NCBI GenBank assembly: GCA_965222605.1
Contig: OZ244960.1
Span: forward strand, 4,064,001-4,128,000
Reading direction: 5' to 3'
Source: Candidatus Latescibacterota bacterium
Lineage (GTDB): Bacteria > Latescibacterota > UBA2968
DNA length: 64,000 nt
This document shows positions 56,079 through 64,000 of this stretch, piece after piece. Below the pieces are notes generated by a model. It worked only from the letters and a program-made list of their open reading frames with translations. It did no database searches and had not been told where the DNA came from. Each line of letters starts with the position of its first letter. The first letter of the stretch is position 1. The position numbers and the translations under genes are program-made.

Positions 56079-57184
56079 GTTGTATCCTCCTCGTCGTCCG
56101 GGTCGAGCACCCGGCAGTCTGTTGGTGTCCAGCCGATGCGGATGTTATCGCCTTCCAGCACGGCTCCGTGCCCCACGGTGTTGGGTATTTTTGCGATGAA
56201 ATCCGAGGACTCACACACGTTCAGGCGAATGCGCAGATGGTCGCCCAGAAAGGTGATGTCCTCGATTTTTGCTTCGAGTTCATTGGTGTACAGGCCTGGC
56301 TCGGGTGCGAGGGCGACGCGTTCTGGGCGAATCGACAGCGTGGTGGCGTCGCCGCGCTGGCAGGGTGCAACGCGCAATGCATGGATGATTTGGCCGCCGG
56401 TTTCCACTTCGCAAATGTCCCCATTTAGTTTTATTACGCGGCCGTGCAAGCGGTTGTTTTCGCCGATGAAGCGGGCTACAAATGAACGCTCTGGCTCTTC
56501 GTAGAGGGCCTCGGGTTCGGCAATTTGCTGGATGTCTCCCTCCTGCAGGACAGCGATGCGGTTCGACATCACCATGGCCTCTTGCTGGTCGTGCGTGACG
56601 TAAACGACGGTCACACCGAGGCTCTGGTGGATATGGCGGATTTCGTACTGCATCTCTTCGCGCAGACGCCGGTCAAGTGCGCCGAGGGGTTCGTCCATCA
56701 GCACCAGATCGGGTTCGAATACCAGCGCGCGGGCGATTGCTACGCGCTGCTGCTGACCGCCAGAGAGTTGGTTGGGGCGTCGGTCTTCCAGGCCGCTGAG
56801 ACGAACCAGATCCAGGGCACGCGCTACGCGTTCGCGGCACTGTTCTCGGTCAAAGCCACGCACCTCGAGGGGAAATGCGAGGTTACCGCCTACTGTCATA
56901 TGCGGGAAGAGCGCGTAGTTCTGAAATACCATGCCAATGCCTCGCTTGCGCGGGGGCAGTGCGTGTACAGAACGCCCGTCAATGCGGATGTCGCCCGATG
57001 TGGGTGTCTCGAAGCCGGCGAGCATCATCAAGCAGGTTGTTTTCCCCGACCCGGATGGGCCGAGCAGGGTCAGAAATTCGCCCTTGCGGACGCTGAAGTT
57101 GACGTTTTGGACAATTAGTGTACGACCGTCGTAACTTTTGCAGACATTCTCAAATTCGACGTAGGCTTTATCTTTTTGAGGCAT
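56075..57184 (-). CDS. Polyamine-type ABC ATP-binding protein (PotA-like)
   Basis: GPSGSGKT, LSGGQQQR, DEPLGALD, TOBE tail. Confidence 0.94.
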   Translation of the reverse strand: MPQKDKAYVEFENVCKSYDGRTLIVQNVNFSVRKGEFLTLLGPSGSGKTTCLMMLAGFETPTSGDIRIDGRSVHALPPRKRGIGMVFQNYALFPHMTVGGNLAFPLEVRGFDREQCRERVARALDLVRLSGLEDRRPNQLSGGQQQRVAIARALVFEPDLVLMDEPLGALDRRLREEMQYEIRHIHQSLGVTVVYVTHDQQEAMVMSNRIAVLQEGDIQQIAEPEALYEEPERSFVARFIGENNRLHGRVIKLNGDICEVETGGQIIHALRVAPCQRGDATTLSIRPERVALAPEPGLYTNELEAKIEDITFLGDHLRIRLNVCESSDFIAKIPNTVGHGAVLEGDNIRIGWTPTDCRVLDPDDEEDTT

Positions 57185-57373
57185 TCGCGTGTCCTTATCC
57201 GAAGTCCAGAATTTCGCTAAAAACACAGATCGGCAAGCTGGTGGATCAAGGTTTGAAGTAAATTCAAAACTACTCAAATGTCAACGTCTTTCCTCTTTCG
57301 CCATATCTCGCTTCGCTATATATTTTAGAAGCTATCATTAACATTCATTATTTTTTTAAAGGAGTCAGATTGT

Positions 57374-58138
57374 ATGCGGTATAAACGCGTTGTTCTCAAA
57401 CTCAGTGGCGGTGCTGTTTCAGGTGCTTTGGAATCGGGATTTGACCCGGAAGCCCTCGAACATATTGCTGATGAAATTCTCGACATTCACAGCCGAGGTA
57501 TTGAAATCGGCATTGTTATTGGTGGGGGCAATATTTTTCGGGGCGAACAGAGTGTGCGGTGGGGTATTGAACGCTCCGAAGCCGATAATATCGGTATGCT
57601 GGGCACTATTATCAATAGTCTGATGCTGCGCGGTGTGCTCAATGCCAAAAGCGATGCCGAGGTGCGCGTGATGACCGCGATTCCGATTAACACAGTCGCA
57701 GAACCCTTTATTCGCCTGGTTGCTGCTCGGCATCTCGATAAGGGGTATATTGTCATTTTTGCTGGGGGCATTGGCAATCCCTTTCTCACGACCGACTATC
57801 CTGGCGTACAGCGCGCCCTTGAGGTACGTGCAGATGCCATTTTGTTTGCCAAGCACAAAGCCAATGGCATTTATACAGACGATCCGAACAAAAATCCCGA
57901 TGCCAAACTCTATCGCCGCATCAATCACGATACAATTATTCAAAAAAACCTGGGTGCTCTGGATCAGTCCGCAGTGATTCTCGCCCGAGACCATCATTTG
58001 CCGATTCACGTTTTTGATTTTGAACAAAAAGGCCTGATGCGCCGCATTGTAGAAGGTCAGGACGTTGGCACACTGATTGCCCAAACGCCAGAAGATGTGC
58101 TCGAAGAAGAAACAGTCGCTCAGGAGAACGCCACATGA
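57374..58138 (+). CDS. pyrH: UMP kinase
   Basis: KRVVLKLSG, GGGNIFRG, GNPFLTTD. Confidence 0.93.
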   Translation: MRYKRVVLKLSGGAVSGALESGFDPEALEHIADEILDIHSRGIEIGIVIGGGNIFRGEQSVRWGIERSEADNIGMLGTIINSLMLRGVLNAKSDAEVRVMTAIPINTVAEPFIRLVAARHLDKGYIVIFAGGIGNPFLTTDYPGVQRALEVRADAILFAKHKANGIYTDDPNKNPDAKLYRRINHDTIIQKNLGALDQSAVILARDHHLPIHVFDFEQKGLMRRIVEGQDVGTLIAQTPEDVLEEETVAQENAT

Positions 58139-59409
58139 AACTCCTCGTCGTTGGCAGAGGCGGGCGCGAACACGCCTTTGTCTGGAAACTCGCTCAGAGC
58201 AACAAGATTACCAGGTTATACGCAGCGTCCGGAAGCCCGGGTATGGCACAATATGCCGAATGTGTTGATATATCGGATAGCGACCTCGATGGTCTCGCAG
58301 ACTTTGCACAACGAGGGGACATTGATATTACGGTCATCGGTCCCGAAGCACCCCTCGCGGATGGTATTGTCGATATTTTTACAGAACGCGGCCTCGCGGT
58401 TTTTGGTCCCACACAGGCAGCGGCGCAAATTGAAGCGGATAAAGATTTCGCGCTTGAACTCATGCACAAATACGATATTCCAACCGGTGCTTACGAAACG
58501 TTTGTGGATGCGGAAACAGCCCGAGAACGGCTCGTGGAATGGCAACACCCACTCTATCTCAAAGTGAGCGGCCTGGCTGCGGGCAAAGGGGCGATTTATT
58601 GTGAGACCCTGCAAGATTCGTATAAAACTGTGGATGAAGTGATGGTGCAACGCGCTTTTGGTGACTCGGGTGACAAGCTGGTTGCTATGGAATTGCTCGA
58701 GGGGGAAGAGGCGTCGATATTTGGATTTTCAGATGGCGAGAATATTGTTTGTGTTGTGCCTTCGCAGGACCACAAGACTATTGGTGAAGGCGATGTGGGG
58801 CTAAACACGGGTGGTATGGGTGCGTATGCGCCTGCCCCGGTTGTTACGCCCGAACTCTTTGACGATATTGTTCAGCGCATTATGAAACGCACGGTACACG
58901 CCCTGGCACGGGAAGGCCGTCCGTACAAAGGTATTCTCTACGGTGGTATTATTGTCACGGCTGATGGTCCCAGGGTGATCGAATTTAACTGTCGCATGGG
59001 CGATCCGGAAACTCAGGTGGTTCTCCCATTGCTCAAAACCGATCTTGTCGATATAATCGCGGCTGTGTGCAATGGTTCGGTGGCGGATCTCGATATTGAA
59101 CTCGACAATCGCGCGGCGACTTGTGTGGTCATGGCATCGGGGGGCTATCCCGAAGCATACGATACCGGTTTTCCCATTTCTGGGATTGACCGCGCCGAGG
59201 CACCGGGCGATGTTATTGTTTTTCACGCTGGTACGGGGCGCAATGACGGTCAACTCGTCACCAATGGCGGGCGCGTTATCGGCGTTACCGCAATTGGTGA
59301 TTCTATCAGATCTTCTATTGACCGCGCTTATGAAGCCGTGGGCAAAATTGATTTTGACAACGCCTATTTCCGACGGGATATTGGGTATCGCGCTGTGACA
59401 AATGCCTGA
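58135..59409 (+). CDS. purD: Phosphoribosylamine--glycine ligase
   Basis: GGREHA, GLAAGKG, NTGGMGAY, EFNCRMGDPE. Confidence 0.97.
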   Translation: MKLLVVGRGGREHAFVWKLAQSNKITRLYAASGSPGMAQYAECVDISDSDLDGLADFAQRGDIDITVIGPEAPLADGIVDIFTERGLAVFGPTQAAAQIEADKDFALELMHKYDIPTGAYETFVDAETARERLVEWQHPLYLKVSGLAAGKGAIYCETLQDSYKTVDEVMVQRAFGDSGDKLVAMELLEGEEASIFGFSDGENIVCVVPSQDHKTIGEGDVGLNTGGMGAYAPAPVVTPELFDDIVQRIMKRTVHALAREGRPYKGILYGGIIVTADGPRVIEFNCRMGDPETQVVLPLLKTDLVDIIAAVCNGSVADLDIELDNRAATCVVMASGGYPEAYDTGFPISGIDRAEAPGDVIVFHAGTGRNDGQLVTNGGRVIGVTAIGDSIRSSIDRAYEAVGKIDFDNAYFRRDIGYRAVTNA

Positions 59410-59531
59410 GCCACCACTCTTACGATTCTTACGATAGAGATTTTCTGATCTTTGCCAACCAATTTGGCGGTTAAGCGTCATAACGTGTATCTTTCTTGAA
59501 CAAGATAACCAGACATTTCTGGAGGCTTACG

Positions 59532-60623
59532 ATGTCTTACAAAGCAGCGGTTATTGGTCTGGGGCGTATGGGCAGTACTTTTGATGATGAAATCATGCAT
59601 GGTGGATCCATTTTCTTGCCCTATTGCCACGCGCCCACTTATTGCGCGCATCCGCAAACCGATCTCATTGCCGGGGCTGATCCCCACGATGAACAATGCG
59701 CTCTGTTTGGCGAGCGGTGGGGTGTTGATAGCGAGCATCTGTATGCCAATCATCACGACCTGCTGGAAAAAGCGAAACCCGATATCGTCAGTGTGACTAC
59801 CACAGCGCGTTACCGCCCGCAAATTGTACTGGATGCTGTGGAAGCTGGTGTCAAAGCTTTATGGGTGGAAAAACCGATTGCCTTTAGCCTTGAAGAAGCC
59901 GATGCTATGGTCAATGCGTGCCGGGAAAATGGCGTTGCCATTGCTGTGTATTGCTCGCGCCGTTACAATCCCTATTTTAGTGAGACCCGCCGCATGATTG
60001 AATCTGGTGACCTCGGCGATATTCTCCAGATAACGGCTTATGCCCAGTGTGGTTTGTCGCACAATGGCAGCCACGCGATAGACACGATTCGCTATCTCGC
60101 TGGTGGCGCTGTTTCATGGGTTTTTGGAGAAATGGCGTCGGATGTGGAAGCCGCATCTGATGACGATCTGATGGGCAATGGGTATCTCGCTTTTGACAAT
60201 GGCGTTCGGGCATATCTTCGCGGGACATCGACTGGTGTTGCTTCGTGGGAATTTGATATTATTGGGACACGGGGCAGGGTACGCACGTTATCGGACGCGC
60301 TTGAGTTTGAGTTTTTCCAGAGGGTTTCGGACGGCAGGCGGAGTGTCCCCGCCAGGTCTCCCTTCCCGCAACCAGCGCGTCCCGTAGGTCAGGGTATTAT
60401 CACTGTTGATGATTTGATTGATGCCATGGAGAACAACCGTCCGCCGCGTTGCTCTGGAGCCGATGGTCGCGCTGCTCTTGAGGTTGCTATTGCACTGCGG
60501 GAATCCCATCGGCGGGGTGGCGTCCGCATTGATTTGCCCATTGAGGACAGGTCGCTCAAGATTTTTTCCAGCGAGACTCAGGCTGACCACACACCTGCGC
60601 GAGTGCGCCGGTTGAATCAATAA
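59532..60623 (+). CDS. Gfo/Idh/MocA oxidoreductase
   Basis: GLGRMG, EKP, GSHAID; GGAGG RBS before ATG 59532. Confidence 0.92.
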   Translation: MSYKAAVIGLGRMGSTFDDEIMHGGSIFLPYCHAPTYCAHPQTDLIAGADPHDEQCALFGERWGVDSEHLYANHHDLLEKAKPDIVSVTTTARYRPQIVLDAVEAGVKALWVEKPIAFSLEEADAMVNACRENGVAIAVYCSRRYNPYFSETRRMIESGDLGDILQITAYAQCGLSHNGSHAIDTIRYLAGGAVSWVFGEMASDVEAASDDDLMGNGYLAFDNGVRAYLRGTSTGVASWEFDIIGTRGRVRTLSDALEFEFFQRVSDGRRSVPARSPFPQPARPVGQGIITVDDLIDAMENNRPPRCSGADGRAALEVAIALRESHRRGGVRIDLPIEDRSLKIFSSETQADHTPARVRRLNQ

Positions 60624-60650
60624 AAAAAGCTAAATACCAAAGGAGATTTT

Positions 60651-61106
60651 ATGGCAGATCCGGTTGTTGGCATTATTATGGGCAGTTCATCGGATGAACC
60701 CACGATGCAAAAAGGCTGCGCCATTCTCGACGAACTCCAGATTCCTTACGATATGATTGTATGTTCCGCCCATCGCAACCCCGGGCGCACCGCTGAATAC
60801 GCCAGCACGGCAAAGGCGCGTGGTCTCAAGGTGATTATTGCAGGTGCTGGATTGGCCGCAGCACTGCCCGGTGTGATTGCCGCGCATACGACCTTGCCGG
60901 TTATTGGCGTTCCATGTGCTTCGGGTGCGCTCAACGGCGTTGATGCACTATACGCTATTGTTCAGATGCCTCCGGGGGTCCCCGTTGCGACTGTGGGTAT
61001 TGACAATGCGCGCAATGCCGCTGTGCTGGCAGCACAAATTCTCGCGCTTTCAGATGAGGGCATACAAGAGAGCCTGCAAGCCTATAAAGACGCCCTGGGT
61101 GGATAA
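60651..61106 (+). CDS. purE: N5-CAIR mutase
   Basis: MGSSSD, SAHRNP, LPVIGVP, QMPPGVPVATV. Confidence 0.97.
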   Translation: MADPVVGIIMGSSSDEPTMQKGCAILDELQIPYDMIVCSAHRNPGRTAEYASTAKARGLKVIIAGAGLAAALPGVIAAHTTLPVIGVPCASGALNGVDALYAIVQMPPGVPVATVGIDNARNAAVLAAQILALSDEGIQESLQAYKDALGG

Positions 61107-61136
61107 TACCTTTGCGTTTTAACACGGAGGTCTTTT

Positions 61137-61694
61137 TTGGAACGTCATATATTTGTTTTTCTTGTTCTTCTTTTGATCGGTTGCGACGCACCCAAAACAG
61201 ATCGCGTATCGAATAAGGATCCGTACCTCATTCCTGCGACTGCAGAGGAGATTCTCAAGAATGTGAAAAATACCGATGCCAGGGTCGTTCTGGTCAATGT
61301 CTGGGCAACGTGGTGTCAACCATGTGTTGAAGAGTTTCCCGATTTGATGGCTGTTTATCAGCAGTACAAAGAACAAGGCGTAAAGCTCGTCTTTATTTCT
61401 GCCGATTTTGAAGGTCAGGCCGATGGCGCGATTGCCTTTCTCAAAGCGCAAGGTGTTGACTTTCCGAGCTATCTCAAGTTGAGGAGCGATAGGGCGTTTA
61501 TCAATACATTAGACCCCAACTGGTCGGGCGCAATACCCGCTACATGGTTATACGATAGCGAGGGCAATAAACGCTATTTTTGGCTCGGTAAGACCTCGCG
61601 CGAACAATTTGAGAAAAAAATACGCGATGTATTGATGGAGGGCGATCAGCAGTCAGGTCCCCCTTCATTCTTAAAGGCGAGAGGCGAGACGTGA
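61137..61694 (+). CDS. TlpA-like thiol:disulfide oxidoreductase lipoprotein
   Basis: Lipobox LIGC; NVWATWCQPC, WSGAIP. Confidence 0.9.
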   Translation: MERHIFVFLVLLLIGCDAPKTDRVSNKDPYLIPATAEEILKNVKNTDARVVLVNVWATWCQPCVEEFPDLMAVYQQYKEQGVKLVFISADFEGQADGAIAFLKAQGVDFPSYLKLRSDRAFINTLDPNWSGAIPATWLYDSEGNKRYFWLGKTSREQFEKKIRDVLMEGDQQSGPPSFLKARGET

Positions 61695-61842
61695 GAGTGA
61701 GAGGGCCTCACACAAAGACACAAGATGTGAGCAGCGAAACAGCCTGCCCTGAGTGCAGGGAATGGGTAAGGGATGCTTCAGCAGCCCATTCGAGAATCCA
61801 GACTACAGATACGCTCATACCACCAAATATCAGGAGGATTCC

Positions 61843-62454
61843 ATGCGTAAATTATTAGCTATTGCACTTGTCGCAGCGATGGGTTTCAATGTCGAAGCGG
61901 GCAAAAGCGAAACCCTCGCATTGGGCGCGGAAGCACCGGCAACCGACCTGGAGATGAAAGGAACCGATGGTAAGATGTACATTCTGGATAGCGTGCAGGG
62001 CGAGAAGGGCACTCTGGTCATTTTTTCGTGCAACTCCTGCCCGTGGGCCGTTAAATGGGAAAGTCGCGTAGCCAGTATTGGCAATGCGTATCGCAGTAGG
62101 GGTTTTGGCGTTATTGTGATTAACTCCAATGATCCTACACGTGCTGCAGAAGATGGTTTTGATGAGATGGTCGCTCGTGCGAAAGCTCTGTCTTACGAAT
62201 TTCCCTATGTGGTTGATTCCGCATCCCAGGTCGCCCGCGCATTTGGTGCCAGCCGCACACCAGAAGTTTTTCTTTTTAATGATAAAGGCAAGCTGGCGTA
62301 TCACGGTGCGATTGACGATAATGCTTCGGATGCGAATGCCGTGGAAGCGGCCTATCTCAAAGACGCGCTCGACGCATTATTAGCCGGAGAAGCCATTTCA
62401 ATATCCGATACCAAAGCTCTCGGTTGTAGCATCAAATTCAGCGAAGACTCATAA
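61843..62454 (+). CDS. Exported thioredoxin-family redoxin
   Basis: CNSCP, INSND, TPEVF, Y.GAIDD, GCSIK; CAGGAGG RBS. Confidence 0.9.
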   Translation: MRKLLAIALVAAMGFNVEAGKSETLALGAEAPATDLEMKGTDGKMYILDSVQGEKGTLVIFSCNSCPWAVKWESRVASIGNAYRSRGFGVIVINSNDPTRAAEDGFDEMVARAKALSYEFPYVVDSASQVARAFGASRTPEVFLFNDKGKLAYHGAIDDNASDANAVEAAYLKDALDALLAGEAISISDTKALGCSIKFSEDS

Positions 62455-62472
62455 ATCAATAATTTCAAAATA

Positions 62473-62505
62473 CCAAAAGCCACTTCAAAACGAGGTGGCT
62501 TTTGG
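62473..62505. terminator. Rho-independent terminator
   Basis: CCAAAAGCCACTTC-AAAAC-GAGGTGGCTTTTGG. Confidence 0.85.
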
Positions 62506-62588
62506 TGTTCATGATATGTAGGAGCGGGTTCCAGTATTCGCATATCTTTGATTTCGATATCGGTGTGTCAATTCGCATAAGACAAGAA

Positions 62589-62622
62589 ATTTTCACAATA
62601 TTTTTGAAAATATTGTGAAAAT
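62589..62622. promoter_or_regulatory. Perfect 16-bp inverted repeat (candidate operator)
   Basis: ATTTTCACAATATTTT-TG-AAAATATTGTGAAAAT. Confidence 0.7.
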
Positions 62623-62697
62623 GGAGTATTATTTAATTAACCAATTATAAAAAGACAGAACGACGTACCGGATGTGTATTAAGAAAGGAACGACATT

Positions 62698-63231
62698 TTG
62701 AAATTTCAGACGAAAACCATTGGACGTTTATGTTCACTATTTAAACAGGGGCCAGACCCGATCTTGCTGCTTGGTGCCGGAGCTTCTGTTAAATCAGGTA
62801 TTCCTCCATCGGATGAATTGGTGGAAAAAATAGCCAAATGGGGATACTGTAACGAAAATAACTCTTCTCCCGCAGATCCGTATATACGGCGTAGCGACTG
62901 GTACCCTTGGCTAAAAAAACAGAACTGGTATGGTGAGGATAGGAAGCGAGCGGATAATTATCCTGATGCAGTTGATAACATTCTTCAACCCAGAGAAACT
63001 CGAAAAAAATTCTTTATGGAATTAATCAATCCTCAAGTTCCACCAAGCTCAGGGTACGAACGAGTGGCCGAACTTATGGCGCGAAAACGCATTCTTACCA
63101 TACTAACTACGAATTTTGATACAATTTTGCTGGACTTATGCAAGAGCAATAGTCGTCCCCACCATGTTAGTGTCATTCAGACTAAGTCTGACTTTACCAA
63201 AATCTCAACAAGGACATTGTGCTTATCTTAG
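62698..63231 (+). pseudogene. SIR2-like domain protein truncated by IS insertion
   Basis: LLLGAGASVKSGIP and LTTNFD present; ends before the expected LHG motif, where the IS begins. Confidence 0.85.
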
Positions 63232-64000
63232 TTGAAATAGTAGAGGCTCCAATGTAAATTGGATACAGCAAATTCAAGCCAGAAAACGCTGTGTCCTCAA
63301 CCAAAGGAGCCCGTGATGAAAAAAGTATCGCACAACGCCCCCAAAGTCAAGGCCATCCACAAAGACGATGCAACGCCAGAGACACCCCTTGAAGAAGAGA
63401 TGAGCACCCTGGATACACGGATCGCGTTGATCCAAGCCTTGATTCCATTAGGATTAGACGCCGTGGCAGAAGAATTACAGAACGAAGTGACCCGCTTGGC
63501 CGGGCAGAGATACACACGCAAAGAGGGCCAAAATTCCAATCGTCGGTGGGGCAGTCAACAAGGCTCGGTGTATCTCGCCGATCAGAAAGTGCCTATCTCT
63601 GTTCCCAGGGTGCGTAATGTGGTGACCGATGAGGAAGCCTCCCTACAGACCTATCATCATCTCCAGCATCCCCGAAAGATGGATGAAGGACTGCTCCTTC
63701 GGATGATAAAAGGCATTGCCACACGCTCTTATCAAGAATGTGCCGAGACGGTACCGGAGGCCTTTGGGCTATCTTCATCCACCGTGTCGAGACGCTTTAT
63801 CAAGGCGTCGGCACAAAAGTTGAAGCAGTTTCAAAATCGGTCTTTAGCACAGTATGACCTCGTCGCCCTGTTTATAGATGGGAAGACCTTTGCAGATCAG
63901 GAGATGATCATTGCCCTTGGTGTGACTATAAAAGGCGATAAAATCCCGTTGGGCTTTGTCCAGGCCGCCACCGAGAACGAGCGCGTCTGTCGGCAGTTTA
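63212..64000 (+). mobile_element. IS256-family element (left part)
   Basis: Transposase gene follows; left end inferred at GGACATTGTGC; right end lies outside the window. Confidence 0.75.
63316..64000 (+). CDS. IS256-family transposase (partial)
   Basis: Translation includes LAGQRY, VPRVR, GIATRSY, GLSSSTVSRRF, LFIDG, ALGVT..G.K..LG, TEN; AAGGAG RBS. Confidence 0.9.
   Translation, partial: MKKVSHNAPKVKAIHKDDATPETPLEEEMSTLDTRIALIQALIPLGLDAVAEELQNEVTRLAGQRYTRKEGQNSNRRWGSQQGSVYLADQKVPISVPRVRNVVTDEEASLQTYHHLQHPRKMDEGLLLRMIKGIATRSYQECAETVPEAFGLSSSTVSRRFIKASAQKLKQFQNRSLAQYDLVALFIDGKTFADQEMIIALGVTIKGDKIPLGFVQAATENERVCRQF

Noticed and set aside
61700-61830. ncRNA between the redoxin genes
   Set aside because: Looks like fragments of REP-like repeats (CACAAAGACACAA, GCCTGCCCTGAG); no recognisable RNA family

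Overview
This is a bacterial chromosomal segment, most consistent with an FCB/Latescibacterota-like or Poribacteria-like (possibly sponge-associated) organism. That assignment is inference from a PorV-like barrel, a T9SS-like CTD, DUF6785, a sulfatase, several Gfo/Idh/MocA genes and TIR-TPR proteins. Housekeeping genes (pspA, type-2 ileS, argG, argH, pyrH, purD, purE, FKBP, redoxins) are interleaved with accessory blocks. (1) A roughly 14 kb defence island splits argG from argH and carries a PLD-SNF2 helicase, a type IIG-like N6-adenine MTase, two TIR-TPR paralogs, a TIR protein and an ABC-ATPase/DUF4276 pair. (2) A sugar/sulfate/amine catabolic cluster. (3) A tightly coupled MoxR ATPase, GXGXG beta-helix protein and vWA protein triad. 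(4) A polyamine-type ABC transporter with duplicated binding proteins, interrupted by AAA-PD(D/E)XK and cupin genes. (5) A SIR2-domain gene cut by an IS256-family element at the right end. The best candidates for undescribed biology are the MoxR/GXGXG/vWA triad, a leader-peptide attenuator with rare Ile codons in front of ileS, and a catalytically degenerate 5'-nucleotidase fused to an outer-membrane barrel beside an Npt-like transporter. Several deletion-scar pseudogenes and nested REP-like repeats are also visible. All family assignments come from motif recognition by eye, not from database searches.
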